Shown piece by piece: positions 38,171-52,324 of a stretch of DNA of 64,000 bases. Position numbers and translations under genes: made by a program. Under the pieces are notes generated by a model. The model made no database searches. It worked only from the letters and a program-made list of their open reading frames with translations, and had not been told where the DNA came from. The stretch's first letter is position 1. Every line of letters starts with the position of its first letter. The DNA is taken from assembly GCF_006345805.1 (NCBI RefSeq), contig NC_043004.1:85250001-85314000 (forward strand), given 5' to 3'. This DNA comes from Octopus sinensis (Eukaryota).

Positions 38171-39889
38171 ATAGTGCCTTGGAAATGATTTTCATATTAC
38201 TTAGATCAGTTTCATTTGAGATGATGTCATGGAAAATCATAAATCTCTAACTATTCACCATTTTTTGTTTATCTTTTAACATTTTTAGTCATTGATATTG
38301 GCGATGCCGGCGCTCCGTCTTCAAGGGTTAAAGCCGAACAGATTCACGCACGGATATATTTTGTAAAGCGCGGTTCTTATTCTATCGTCGAGTTTTGTTG
38401 AGCAGCTAGTTTATGGTAACCTAAACGAACTAAATCAGATGTTCGTGTAGCCAAGGAGCACAAAGATATAAAGATACATTCTACCACCTACGAAATACAC
38501 CTACAATGTATTGGTTGGGTGGGATTACAATAAACAGCACGCGTTTGGCAAACGTGATGCTCAGTTGAAATGGTCCTGAAATCACGTGATTGTACAGTGA
38601 GCGTCTTAACCAAACTGTCATGGCGATGCGTTTATTTAAGTTTTTCAGATTATATTCCAAATTATATGCATATAACTGAGTTCAGCAAAATTCCTTTTAG
38701 AATCGAACCTGTTTTCTCCCGACACAGTAATTCATATTCATTTCTACAATATGTCAATACTCGCACTTGTTTTTTATATCAAATATTCCTTTGTTTCGCA
38801 TTTATCCGCTTTTATTTATGTATCCTTAGATCAATGATATATTTCCACTTGTTTTGTTTCCTTTTATCAGCTCGAATTTTTCTATATTTTTTGTCTTTTA
38901 TAGAATATTTTAACGAGTTGCCTAAATATTTTCAGTTGCAAGCCGTTGCGACTTAGATTTAGCAATGCTTTCTTGCTCGTTATATTTTTCTTGTACAAGG
39001 ATTTATCTCTATGAAGGTATTTTTATCACCGTAATTGAGATTATTTTCCTATAAGCCGCGTGTTGCTGCAGTGTGTTTCTTTATAACTGTTGTATTCATG
39101 TTTCTACTTTCGTTTTGGGTTGTATTTTTTTCTCGTTTGACTGAGCTGTATAGTAATTCTTCATGCGAAGGTTTGTTTATCTACTTACTATGCTTCAATC
39201 TTTTGTTATTTTCAATCTAATTTCGTTTCTGCTTTGTTACGAAAGTCCCTCCCCTTTATATATGACCGTTTATTTTATTTACTACTTGTTATTTTGTAGA
39301 AGCTCCTCAATCTCCTATCTGAAACATTCCATTGCTTTATTTCAATATTTTTTCTCTTCTTCAGGAAGTTCTATATCTATAACCATATTCACACTGATTA
39401 TGAATGTGAGAATGTGTTGGAGCAACTTATTTGCATTAGATTCTTTTCTTACTTCTAAGAGTTTTCAATCTCCATATCCCATAACGACTCTTGTGCCGTA
39501 GATAAAAGTTTGATTAATGCAAAAGCCGTGTAACAGATAGCACATCCATCATTACAGGACATTGATACTAGTTCAGTTAAATCAACATTTGAAGAAAAGT
39601 TCAGTTAAAAGCATTTGGTACATTACTGTACATTCAGGCTTTTTCGAAATTATAGCGTCTTCTTGATAAGTACATAGCTCTGTGTTATATCATTATGTGT
39701 GTCTGAGTGTGAATATATATGGCTGCATACTTTTATGTATTAGTATATATCAGTATGTGTGTGTGTATGTGTGTGTGGGTGTTATGCATATATATGTATG
39801 AGTGTATATATTTATATACAAATGTATGAGTATGTGTATATATACTTATGTGTGTATGCGTATATATGTATATATGCATATATATGCAT

Positions 39890-40200
39890 ATCACCGTGAT
39901 CACCGTGACTGACCAGGTTATCAAATGTTGTTACACATCGCTGGTCACAATGCATTACGCATTGTTTTAGCCTTCAAATGACGCCACCCCGCTGGCTAAG
40001 CGAGCAGGCAAACAGAAGAAAGAGTGAGAGAAAGTTGTGGCGAAGGAGTACAGCAGGGATCGCCACCACCACCCTGCCGGAGCCTCTGGAGCTTTAGGTG
40101 TTTTCGCTCAATAAACACTCACAACGCCAGGTCTGGGAATCGAAACCGCGATCCTACGACCGCGAGTCCGCTGCCCTAACCACTGGGCCATTGCGCCTCC
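39890..40200 (-). mobile_element. SINE family C, tail type 2
   Basis: Head ggaggcgcaatggcccagtggttagggcagcggactcgcgg; tail ...gatgtgtaacaacatttgataacctggtcagtcacggtgat. Confidence 0.88.
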
Positions 40201-40235
40201 ACATATATGCATATATATATATATTATATATATAT

Positions 40236-40268
<33 letters not shown>

Positions 40269-40281
40269 GTGTATATATATA

Positions 40282-40314
<33 letters not shown>

Positions 40315-41308
40315 CATACACACATAGATGCATACATACATACACGCACACGCACACATACACACACCGAAGATGGCGATGTATTTTAAATTCAAGTAAT
40401 GTTTGGAGGGTTCAGTTAAATGGACCTGCCTGAAATGGGGCGGGGCGTACGTACGTGCAATTCCTGGCTCAAAGAGAATGGAATAGAGCATACCACCAAC
40501 TGGTATGAAATAAATGATAAAAGCGCTTGACCGTACAATAGAACGTCACGGGTCAGCAACTTATGTCTAGAGGAAACTCTCTGGGGCTCATCTCATTCAG
40601 GCAAGACATAACTAAAAGGCATTCCAAAGTAACTGTTATGTACAAGCATAAGATCACAATATCATGCAAATATAGGATAAAAGCATCCTTCCTAGAACTC
40701 GAACAGAAAATTTCAAAACACAGAGATACTAACCAAACGTAGCATCAAATTGAACAAGAGAAGAACATATAAGCGAACTAAGCAAACATAAAAAAAACTT
40801 ACTAAGAGTAATTAAAGGACGCATTAAGGAATCATCATTTGGCATCTTAGACAATGAACTTCAACACCGAAACAATATTTGCAGCATGTCCCTACAACAT
40901 CTGAATTCATTGAGGATGTACCTACTAAGAGTAAGAGCAAACCAATGACCTTTACTAACCTTCATGACATATACTCACACAAATATCAACTTAAGTCTAG
41001 TCTCAGCACACATTTCTCTCTCTCTCCTTTGTCATTACCCTTCTTATTTGCGCTTTCCATTACATTCCCTTCTTCCCTGTAAAGTACAAACAGAACCGCC
41101 CATATACTCCACTAAACCATTCGATTGGTAAAAATTGATAAATGTCATTCAGCAAACTTTCCCTTCTTTCAAATTTAATACTATATCGCCTGATGAAATA
41201 AGCGCATAACCTAAGAATCATCCCAGGAATATGGACTATGGTGGTAAGAAACGTGGATTTTGGAAACGCGCATTAAGACATTGATAAATTTCATGCACAT
41301 ACACACAC

Positions 41309-41349
<41 letters not shown>

Positions 41350-41374
41350 CATTTGTGTGTATATATACATACAT

Positions 41375-41550
41375 GATAGATCGTTAACCACTACACGCAT
41401 TTTTTCTCTCCTGTTTCTCTTTTTGTTTTTTCTGAGTCCCTTTCTATAGAAGAGCGTCGGCTCGAAACGTAAAAGACTTTTTCTATTCCTGAGCTTTATA
41501 CTAATACATTGTTTGTTTTGTACACCACCTGTCTTCGTCTTTTATTTTTT
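41375..41550 (+). mobile_element. Family D short element, copy 3
   Basis: atagatcgttaaccactac...gaagagcgtcggctcgaaacgtaaaagac...tcttcgtctttt. Confidence 0.7.
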
Positions 41551-41564
41551 TCGTAAACTCTCCC

Positions 41565-41596
<32 letters not shown>

Positions 41597-42140
41597 TGTA
41601 TGTGTGTATGCATAAAGCAGAAATGGGAGATATTTTAGGTTTAAACAAATTATAGTCGAATACCTATATTGGTGAGCAATGTTTATATAAGCAGATCAAT
41701 AAATCTTTATATAAAAATGAGTGTGTGTGTGGTGTGCGTACGTTACTGTGTGTATGTATAAATGTATGTATATATTCCATGTGTGGTGTTTTGTTTAATA
41801 AATATTCTTCGACTGAACTTTATATTAGAAAAATCATTAGGTAAAGCACCTGAGTGCATGCTTAGAATTTGCGGTTCGACTTTCTGCCTCGTGAGTTCAA
41901 ATCCCTTCCATGTCTATAATACATTTTGTATTTTTCTATTTAATAATACAATTCATAATTGTGTTGAATAAATTTTCTCTTCTCGATTTTCTTTGAAACC
42001 ATACTTTTAATTCAATCGTCCGACCTGCCAGACTATGTTCCGTTCATTCAATGGGGCCACTTCAAACGTTAGGATTTAAACCGCCCAAATATTCTACCAG
42101 TTTCATAGTCAAGCCAGCTATATCCGACATCACACGAAAG

Positions 42141-42740
42141 CGGCGAGCTGGCAGAAACGTCAGCCCGCAGGACGAAACGCTTAGCGGTATTTCGTCTGCC
42201 GTTCGGTCCTGAGTTCAAATTATGCTGAGGTCGACTTTGCCTTTCATCCTTTCGTGGTCGATAAATTAAGTACCAGTTACGTACTGGGTTCGATGTAATC
42301 GACTTAATCCGTTTGTTTGTCCTCTCTGTGTTTAGCCCCTTGTGGGTAGTAAAGAAACAGGTATTTCGCGTGTCTTTACGTTCTGAGTTCATATTCCGCC
42401 GAGGTTGACATTGCTTTTCATCCTTTGGGTGTCGATAAATTAAGTACAACTTACGCACTTGGGTCGATATAATCGACTTAATCCCTTTGTCTGTCCTTCT
42501 TTGACCCCTCTCTTTAGCCTCTTGTGGGCAATAAAAAAATAAGGAACGTTAGCATGCCGGGCGAAATGTTTAGCGGTATTTCGTTTGTCTTTACGTTGTG
42601 AGTTCATATTCAGCCGAGGTCGACATTGCCTTTCACTCTTTAGGGGTCGATAAATTAAGTCCCAGTTGCGTACTGGGGACGGCTTAATCGACTGACCTCC
42701 TCTCCCAATATTCCGGGTCTTGTGCCTAGATTAGAAAAGC
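42141..42740 (+). mobile_element. Head-to-tail trimer of SINE family B
   Basis: Three consecutive gaggt(c/t)gac...tttca(tcc/ctc)ttt...gtcgataaattaagt units; units 2 and 3 are 5'-shortened. Confidence 0.85.
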
Positions 42741-43482
42741 ACATCCGGCTTCTTACAACTAACTTTTCTCCTGAAAACAAACAATGGCATCATCAAAATA
42801 TTGAATCTAAGTGATGATGGGGGGGGGGTAGATAAATACAATGCGAATAAATAAGCTTCGCACATGACAGCGTAATCAGTGGGCTAAAGAGTTAACTATT
42901 AATTTCACATTTAAGAATTCCGTGTATGACACAAAGGAACTGTCGTCATGGAGAACGACGGAGATCCAGTCACATATTTACAACAGATCATACACTAAAA
43001 ACGGTATTATTTCAGTTCATGCTTTGAAGCTATAGAAGCTTCTACATCAAGTGAGTTAGAAATTATATTTTTTGATGTGTATCATGCATGTGTATCCCTC
43101 TATGGAATTGCTGCCTCGAGACAGAACATAAAGCTAGGAAGACTATAAAATATTTATGTTCATAACGTCTGTTTTTTCATATATTTCAAGTCTTGTCGCC
43201 TTTCTTCTGCATTTATATCAAAGTTTTATCTCACTCTTTCTTTCTTTTTTTTTAACATCTTTCTTTCGTCTTCCTCGACTTAGTTTTCATATTCCCTTAT
43301 TTTCACTGAACTAATCGGAACTCTGTTATTTAATGTTGTATTTTATATTTGTGATTGTTTCATATATATATGTATATATATATATATTATATATATTATA
43401 TATACACATATATAATATACACATATATATATACCATAAATATATATATATATTATATATATATATATATTTGTATATATGT

Positions 43483-43523
<41 letters not shown>

Positions 43524-44079
43524 ACACACATACATATATAGCTATAATATATATATATGCAAATACACAAAAGTATGCGAAATGTATATATAAATAAATA
43601 AATATAATTATATATATATATATAAATTATAATATATATACATATATATGTAGGCAAGTACATTGGTATACATGTATGTGTAAACATACATATATATATA
43701 TATGTGTGGATATCTAGATATACACAAATATATATATATATACATACATATGTATGTATGTGTATATATATATTTGTATATATTTATATATATATGTATA
43801 TCTATATATATATGAGTATATATATATATTTGTATATATGTGTGTGTGTATAGATAGAAAAGTTGATACATATACAGATACGTATTTACGTATGGGTGTG
43901 TCTGTTTGTGTTTATGGATGTAAACACTGTATATGTGCGAGTGTTTGTGTATCTCTGTGCTTGTATGTGGGAACCGCCCCTTACACACATACACAAATAT
44001 ACATACATATATATATATATACGTTTGTATATATATATATATGTATTATGTGCGTCAATGTATACATATGTTTGTGTGT

Positions 44080-44111
<32 letters not shown>

Positions 44112-44836
44112 TGTACATTTTAACTCGCATACTGATACACATCCTATGACACACGTACGCACGTATATATATGTGGTTACATTCCTGAATAGAAAAATAA
44201 TTTTCAAATATTCTACCTATAATTTTCGTTTCGATATTTTTCTTCTTTTTTTTCGCGATCAAATTCTTTACGTCTCTTCATTTTTGTGTCTCCTCTCTTT
44301 TTTTATACTGCATTTGTTATTTGTTATTAAGTATTTGAATTGTTGAGCGAGACTACCACACAAGTTTAGTTCGAAAATTTTATACAGTCGGAAGTATTCC
44401 AATTACTAAAGCAATACCAAGAGCAATTAAGGGTTCTCTAACCTACATACAGTATATAACCATCTCAACTACAATTTAAAGTTCCAATTCCTTACCAAGA
44501 ATACCTCGATTCTCATTAGCAAGGAATTCTCCCAGAACACTTTGTTTGTAGAATTCGGGCAAGTACATTTAATGTTAAATTTTTCTGACCTTTCTCCTAA
44601 CTATATAATGCATATGGATTAGAGAAAAGGCATATAATATGATTGGATGAATGCGTTTGTTTAATTATGCAAATAGACAAGACATTTATACGCTCTAATA
44701 TTATACGACTTGTCATTCAGTTTATTACAAGAAACTTTATTCAGGATGTTTTCATATAACAATCCCTGAGTGTGTCCTTCATTCCCTGATTAATATGTAC
44801 TGTCTCTCTTTAGCTCGCCCAATACTTACACTCACC

Positions 44837-44871
<35 letters not shown>

Positions 44872-44966
44872 CAACAATTGAGGGCAAAATTAATTAATTA
44901 TTAATCAATTTCACCAAGTGTTCAGTATGCAAAGGGACCATTCAAGGCGAATTCAAATTATTCCAA

Positions 44967-45607
44967 TATATAAAAGGGCTTAGTAAAATAAATTACTTTG
45001 CCGCATACTGAACTCATTAGAAATAGCAGCTAAAAAACTTTTTTAAAGCTATTTCTAATACTTAAAGAAAATCTCTCTCATATATAGTGTTTGCTTAATT
45101 CAACTCACAAAAGTTTGGGGTAGGACATCGAAAAATCAAATGCTAAGGTTATTTGAGAACGTACGTTTCAAGATTAGTCAAAACAACACTTCTATCATCA
45201 GCTCAGAATTCCTTGGTTTGGATTGGAAACACTGAAAATAAGACATACCCTTCGAAGATCTGCTCGTAACTAACAGTGCCAACAAATTTGTTGGCACTGT
45301 TAGTTACGAGGTCAGATCTTCGAAAGGGTATGTTCTTATTTTCAGTGTTCCAAATCCAAACCAGGAATTTCTGAGCTTGATGATAGAAGTGTTGTTTTGA
45401 CTAATCTTAAACGTACGTTCTCAAATAACCTTAGCATTTGATTTTTCGATGTCCTTACCCCAAACTTTGTGAGTTGAATTAAGCAAACACTATATATGAG
45501 AAGAGATTTTCTTAAGTATTAGAAATAGCTTAAAAAGTTTTTTAGCTGCTATTTCTAATGAGTTCAGTATGCGGCAAAGAATTTATGTTACTAAGCCCTT
45601 TTATATA
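44967..45607. repeat. ~640-bp zero-spacer palindrome (centre 45286/45287)
   Basis: tatataaaagggcttagt...gtgccaacaaa|tttgttggcac...actaagcccttttatata; arm differences are mostly 1-nt indels. Confidence 0.9.
45154..45205 (-). ncRNA. Minimal type-I hammerhead ribozyme candidate (Penelope-type)
   Basis: Minus: tgag-CTGATGA-tagaagtgttgttttgactaatctt-GAA-ACGTACGT-T-ctca; intact core, palindromic helix III, GUU site, 4-bp helix I. Confidence 0.6.
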
Positions 45608-45683
45608 ATATTATATATATATATATATATATTGTGTGTGGTGTGTGTTGTGTGGTGTGTGTGTGTGTGCGTGTGTGGTTGTG

Positions 45684-45965
45684 GGAGGTGCAATGGCCCG
45701 CTGGTTAGGGCAGCGGACTCGCGGTCGTAGGATCGCGGTTTCGATTCCCAGACCTGGCTTTGTGAGTGTTTATTGAGCGAAAACACCCCCCAAAAAAAGA
45801 AGCTCCACGACGCTCCGGCAGGGTGGGGTGATCCCTGCTGTACTCCTTCACCACTCTTTCTCCAACTCTTTCTTCTGTTGGCCTGCTCGCTTAGCCATTG
45901 CGAACGCATTGTGACCAGCGATGTGTAACAACATCTGATGGTCTGGTCGGTCACGTGATCACGTG
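45684..45965 (+). mobile_element. SINE family C, tail type 2 (internally deleted)
   Basis: ggaggtgcaatggcccgctggttagggcagcggactcgcgg head; tail gatgtgtaacaacatctgatggtctggtcggtcacgtgatcacgtgat. Confidence 0.85.
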
Positions 45966-46305
45966 ATATATATATATGTATATGTATATATGTATCTATG
46001 TATTTGTAGTATGTATAGCAATATAGTATGCTTAGATAGATATATACATACATACATATTTGAATTTATTTTGCAAGATTCCTGATGTGAAATCGTGTGT
46101 TGAAACAGATATTGTAATATTTCGGGACGATCGTTTTGTCTTTCAAATTATATACCCTCATTACCTAATCGGTCTTCACTCAATAAACGAAATATAACAG
46201 CATGTATACATACATACATATATATATATATTATATAATATATATATATATATATGAGATGTATAGATTCATTTGTAAATACATTCATGCTTATGTGTAT
46301 ACGTA

Positions 46306-47157
46306 TAGGGTACAATAAATAAATTGGCGGCATTATATACGTTATTTCGCGCATGCGCATTGCATCTTTTTTAATTTTGTCGACTGCACAGCATAGTAGG
46401 GTCAGTTGAGCTCCGACGCTATTCTCTTTGCCAGAAATTTAGAAACGGCATGATCTACTGCTTGGCATTTGCACCGGAAGCTCCAGCACGAACATTTCAG
46501 AGTGTTTGGGTTTCAATCTGAGGACAGTGCAAACTGAGGACATGTTCCGAGAGTGAGAAACATCAAACATCCAGTCAACACCATAGTCTTTGGAGTGATC
46601 ACTAGTGATGGTGACGTTATACCTACATTCAACTTCCCAAGTAGCCTCACGCTCATCACGGAGGCCTACATCAACTGCGTACAGGAGGTAGTGCTGCTGT
46701 GGGTCAAGTGGGTGGCTGTTAGAAGACCCTATGTTTGGCAACATAATTCTACATCATTCCACACAAACAAGAGGAGCCAGACATGGCTGACTAACAATTT
46801 CTTCGACTACATAACCCCTAACAGCTGGCTATAGAACTCCTCAATCTGCAACTCCCTTGATTATTATTTCCAGGGCACTGTTGAGCAAGAGACCCCAAAA
46901 AACTCCGTGTAACACTAATGATGAACTGAAGGCAAGGGTTTTGACAGCATTCACCAATTTAAACAATATTTGCTGGAGATTCCAAAGTCGCTCGGAGCCC
47001 GTAGTTGAAGCCAATGACGATTTTGTTGAATAAATTTACTCCTTAGTATTTCAAGATATTTTTATGTAATTTTGGTAAATATATCTGTTAAAATGAGATG
47101 TCAAGTGTTATTTTCACGTTTGCGTAATTTTGTAGACAATTCATTTACCACACCCTG
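46306..47157 (+). mobile_element. Internally deleted Tc1/mariner DD37D (maT-type) transposon
   Basis: KHPVNTIVFGVITSDG..PYVWQH(N)STSFHT..PNSWL*NSSICNSL(D) with 37 residues between the D positions; imperfect TIRs tagggtac...aattg / caatt...caccctg; TA flanks. Confidence 0.85.
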
Positions 47158-48194
47158 TATATATATATATATATATTATATACATGCACACACACACATA
47201 TATACATATATATATACATCTTTGTATGTATATATGTGTGTGTGTTTACGTTTATGCGTTTACATATATATATATCAGTCTCTATCGTAGTCTTTGTTTG
47301 TATTTATATATGAAGTTTTTCAGACATATATATATATGTGTACGTGTGTGTGTATGTGTGTATGCGTTTATGTGTGCGTCTGTGTGAACACATATACTTG
47401 TATGTGCGTTATGTGTGTAAATGATTGCATACGTATGTATAAGTGAAACGATTTATGCAAGTAATTAGTATGTAAACCGCTTCATCTTATTAATCTAATT
47501 AGTATTGTAATCAGTGTTGCTGATGTTTTACCAATGTTATTATTATTGTTGTTGTTGTTGTTGTTGATACTATTTTTCTTTTTTGTTAATATTCAAGGAT
47601 ATAGGCTGTTTAGTACTAAAATCAACAATCCAATTAACGAACGAGCGGTGGGTTTTTAAAGTTCGGTATGAAATAATCAATACAATATAGAGAGAGAAGA
47701 AACAAATAAAAAAAACGAACGAGATAAGCCACTTTTACAGAAAAAAACAAAGAAAATAGAAATATGCGTTCTTATTACTGGTTTGGAACACCAGGGAATA
47801 TCTGATTGTCCTTTTTTTGCAGCAACTGCGCTTCCTTCAAAAGAAATCTAGCTTGGTTCAGTGAGCTGGTACACTTTACAGATTTCAGTCGAAACTATAT
47901 CTGCTTCCTGAATTTTTTATGAAAAAGGAAAGATGAATGCAATTTCCATACATCGTACCCAATCAAGTAGCGCCTATAAGCCTGTGTGGTACATTGCCAA
48001 AACAAAAGTTACTCTTAATTGAAGTTGGTCACCGCTCAATTATTCTTTTTGAACTGAGAAAACATGCGCCAATGCATGACTAAGAAGACAAGATTAAGGA
48101 ACCCTGCTGTTCTCGGTAAACCAGATTGATGTAATCAAGTTCGAATTAGTCGACACAAATACTATTGTTTGTAAGTTTATAGATTTAGAAGTTC

Positions 48195-48620
48195 AAACAT
48201 TACTACCACCATCATTATTATTTATACTAATAGTAGAATAGTGTGGCCTACTATTACTACTAATACTACTACTACCACTACAACTGCTGCTGCTGGTACT
48301 ACTACTACCACTACCACTACCACTATCACTACTACTACCACTACTACTATTACTACTACTACTACCACTACTACTATTACTACCACTACTACTATTACTA
48401 CTACTACCACCACTACTACTACTACAATATTCCAAATAATGATAGCAATGAATAATAGTAATATTTGAATACTAGTACTGTTCTTCTTATCATTATTATT
48501 ATTATTATCATTATTATTATCATTATTATTGCTGTTGTTGTTGTAGTGTTATTATTTGTACTACGACTATTATTACTGCTGTTATTTTTGTTGTTGTTGT
48601 TCTTGTTCTTGTTTCTGTTT
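48195..48620. repeat. (ACT/ACC)n and (ATT/GTT)n trinucleotide repeats
   Basis: Direct reading. Confidence 0.9.
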
Positions 48621-49687
48621 TAGCTGTTGTATTTGTCAGTGTTGTAGAGAGATATCGTTTCGTATATTAGATTATATAAAGGAAATAGCAGAAATATTTC
48701 TGTCACGATTCAATTGAATAAATATTGTTGGCACAAAAGTAAGTGAGCTTGTTATTATAAATTGTGCATTCGTAGTCATGTTATCAGCATATCATGATAT
48801 TACTGATAATATTATTTTCCGAATGATATCGTATGCTGATAACAATTTATAAAGTTACTGAATGTATGCTCAAATATTTTAGCGGTGTACTGAGACATTG
48901 CCGCTCCTAAGTGTTTTGATAATTGTTTGCATTTATACCAAGTGATCGAGAGTACAAAATGACGTCAAGGGAAGTGCAAATGCAGTCTGATAGAAATAGC
49001 ACGGCTGAATATTTAAGAAGACATTTTGGCTCCCTCGTGATTTCAGGTTCGATTCCAGTGTGTGGCACCTTGCTGAGATGTCTCCTAATATAGCTCCGGA
49101 TTGATCAATGCCTTTTGAATGAATTTGGTAGATGCACCCTGTGATGTGTGGGTGGTATATATGTGTATGTGCGTGTGCGTATCTTTATTATTTGATTGAA
49201 CCCTACGCATCCATTTCCAAGTAAGTTTCTCTCCCATCCTTTTCTATAATTCCCTTTTTCTCCTCTTCACCGTATTATATCTGTCTCTTTCTCTCCCTAC
49301 TTTCTCTTTTCTCTCCCCCCCGCCTCGTTGTTCATGCGTGACAATCATTCATCATTTCTTTCCTTACGTGATCATCTCCCTTTTAGCTCAGGACTGTCCT
49401 AAGGACTGGATATATTCTATCTCTCTCTTCTATGTTTTCTCTTGTCGAAGAAAACATTTCTCAAGCGTTCGCTATTTTACACTTCTTCTCGTCTAACGAC
49501 TCACCATGATGATTTTTGTTCGGTTTCCTTGAATATTTAAACGTTCCTAGTGCAAAAACAATTATGAGATCAGTTTCATTTTAGGTTTTCTTTTTTCAAC
49601 AATTTGCCATACAAAATATACTTATGATCATTGTTTGGCTTTCCTTTCCTTAAGATTCTGTTTTAACACAATTTTGTGAAGGAGCTA

Positions 49688-50162
49688 CAGGTCATCGTCG
49701 ACTTACGACCACAAATAGTTTCGACTAACTGGTTGTAAGGCGATTTGTTCGTAAGTCGGCCAATAGGTAAACATAACATTTTTTTATATATTTTTTATAT
49801 AATTTTTACATTCTTAAGTTACATTCCCAGGCAAAAGTTACACGCATGATTCTGATTTACATTATGAAACTGGCGTCAGTCAAAACTTTCAGAGTTTCAA
49901 GCAGTCATCTTATAAACAAATACCAGGTTGCCTCAAATCCTCCGCGAAAGGATATTTTCCCATCACTTGAGTTAACCACAGTGGCGATCGATAAACAAAC
50001 CTAGGGTTAGCGTTTCTTCGTTGACATCATCCGCAGACATGATAATTTCGAAGAAATTACGCACATTATATTTCAAACGGAGTATTTATTATTGATGGCG
50101 CGCCAATCGCCGTAAAGTCGATCGGTCGAAAATCGGAGAGGTCGTAAGTCGAAGACAACATG
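49688..50162. mobile_element. Tigger/pogo-like non-autonomous DNA transposon (MITE)
   Basis: TIRs caggtcatcgtcgacttacgacc / ggtcgtaagtcgaagacaacatg, preceded by TA; resembles the CAGGTAGTCCTCGACTTACGACC-type Tigger TIR. Confidence 0.65.
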
Positions 50163-50512
50163 CATTGTTTTTTCCCATTGAATATTGGGAATGTGTATTT
50201 TTTTCTGTGGAAGTTTCTTTACGTAATGCAGTATCCAGTTAATTATATGCTTGAATGATGTGCTTCAAGCATATAATCGCAGTATACAAAACAGTACAAT
50301 AATAATAAAACAATACATAAATAAAAAAGAAACAACACAGATATAAGTCTACAATACAAATTAAAGATTTTCAAACTGCGGTATATTGACGAGTGTGTAT
50401 GAGGCATTAGGTACATATGTGTATATTCGTGCTTATGTGTGGGATGTACATACAAACCAACGTATATATATATATATATGCATGAGTATACAAACGGTAT
50501 ATTTCATATATA

Positions 50513-50554
<42 letters not shown>

Positions 50555-51403
50555 ATAAAATAAATATATGAGTGTTTGTATTTATTTGAATGCTTGTGTG
50601 TTACGTGCTAATAGCGTATGCGGATGCGTTTATAAACATCAATGTATATGCTCCATATGTACTTAATTAAAAATTTAAATCTCATTTGGTATGAAAGATA
50701 TATAATATATATATATATATATATATGCATGCAAGTGTTCGCAGAACCAAGAGAGACAGAGGAGAAAGAGAGAGAAATTGAGTGAAAGACAGAGACTGAG
50801 AGAGAAATAGAGAGAGAAAGAGTATGAGAGACAGACAGACAGATAAAAGGAGAAAAAATTGTAAAAAGATTGAGAAAATAGTGAAAATATAGAAACACCA
50901 TTACATAAGGGAAAAATCAATGAATGTCTTAGGAGGAAATGAATTTCAAAATGGTTTGGTGGCGTATTTTTTTCTGAAATATTATATAAATAAAACGAAA
51001 CCGAGCAGACTAACAATAATAGATAAAGAGAAAAGTTGACACATTAATGAATAAGAAATATGGGAATATTGTAACGAAGAAATATCTGCGCAAAAGCATG
51101 TTATGTAAGTATTTATCGACCAATTTATCTATCTTCGCCTGTGTGAGCATGCAATTACATATGTATATATTTGTATATCTAATCACTAATGTGTGTGTGT
51201 ATATATGTATGTATGCATATATATATATATATATATAATATATATATATAATTATGTATATATATATATAATATATATTTACAAGTAAATAATAAACACA
51301 CACATATATGTGTATATATTTATATATAACTATAAATATATAGATAATGTATATATATATATGTATATGTGTATGTACATATACATAAACATATATGCAT
51401 ATG

Positions 51404-51435
<32 letters not shown>

Positions 51436-51924
51436 CGTGTGTTTGCAAACATATAAGCATATATATATATATAGGACAAAGAAAAGAAAGTAAGTATGTA
51501 TGAGTAACAGAGTATGCGCGCGTGCGAGATAGAGAGAGAGAGAAAGAGCGACGGAGATGTATATGTAGAATATATCTATGAATTCAGTTTTATGCTTGTC
51601 TTAAAAATTGCGTAAAAGTGGAACATTAACATAATAAATATCTCTGTACATGCAATTCCACGAGTTAAGTATGTCATAAAGTGTGAGTCTTTGGAAATAC
51701 AAATGCATAAATTTATATGAAATATGGAACAAGATAATTGGTAACAACAGTGTAGTAATGAACAAAGATGATGAAATAAGAGAATTAGTAGGTGTCTTGT
51801 TCTTTTTATTATATTTCTAAGAGAGGAGGGATGACGCATATTTGCTCAAACGTTCTTTTCAGAAGATCGTAGTTTTTGTATTTTTTCTGTTTTATGTTGG
51901 TGGGATATATCCTTTTCTTTTATT

Positions 51925-52110
51925 CTTTTACTTGTTTCAGTCGTTTGACTACCGCCAAGCTGGGGTACCACCTTTATTCAAATACATCCACCTCAGGACT
52001 TATTATTTGTAAGCCTAGTACTTAGCCTATCGATCGCTTTTGCCGGACCGCGAAGTTATGGAGACATAAACACATCAACTTCGGTTGACAAGAGATGGTG
52101 GGGGAACAGA
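51925..52110 (-). mobile_element. SINE family A tail fragment
   Basis: cttttacttgtttcagtc...ggacttattatttgtaagcctagtactt. Confidence 0.7.
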
Positions 52111-52154
52111 CACAGACACACACACATATACACATACACATATGCATGTGTGTA

Positions 52155-52251
<97 letters not shown>

Positions 52252-52271
52252 CACACATATACATTATAGAT

Positions 52272-52324
<53 letters not shown>

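Noticed and set aside
40555-41290. Possible Penelope N-terminal ORF remnant and a CTGATGA at 41189
   Set aside because: Similarity is impressionistic and the motif lacks in-register helices.
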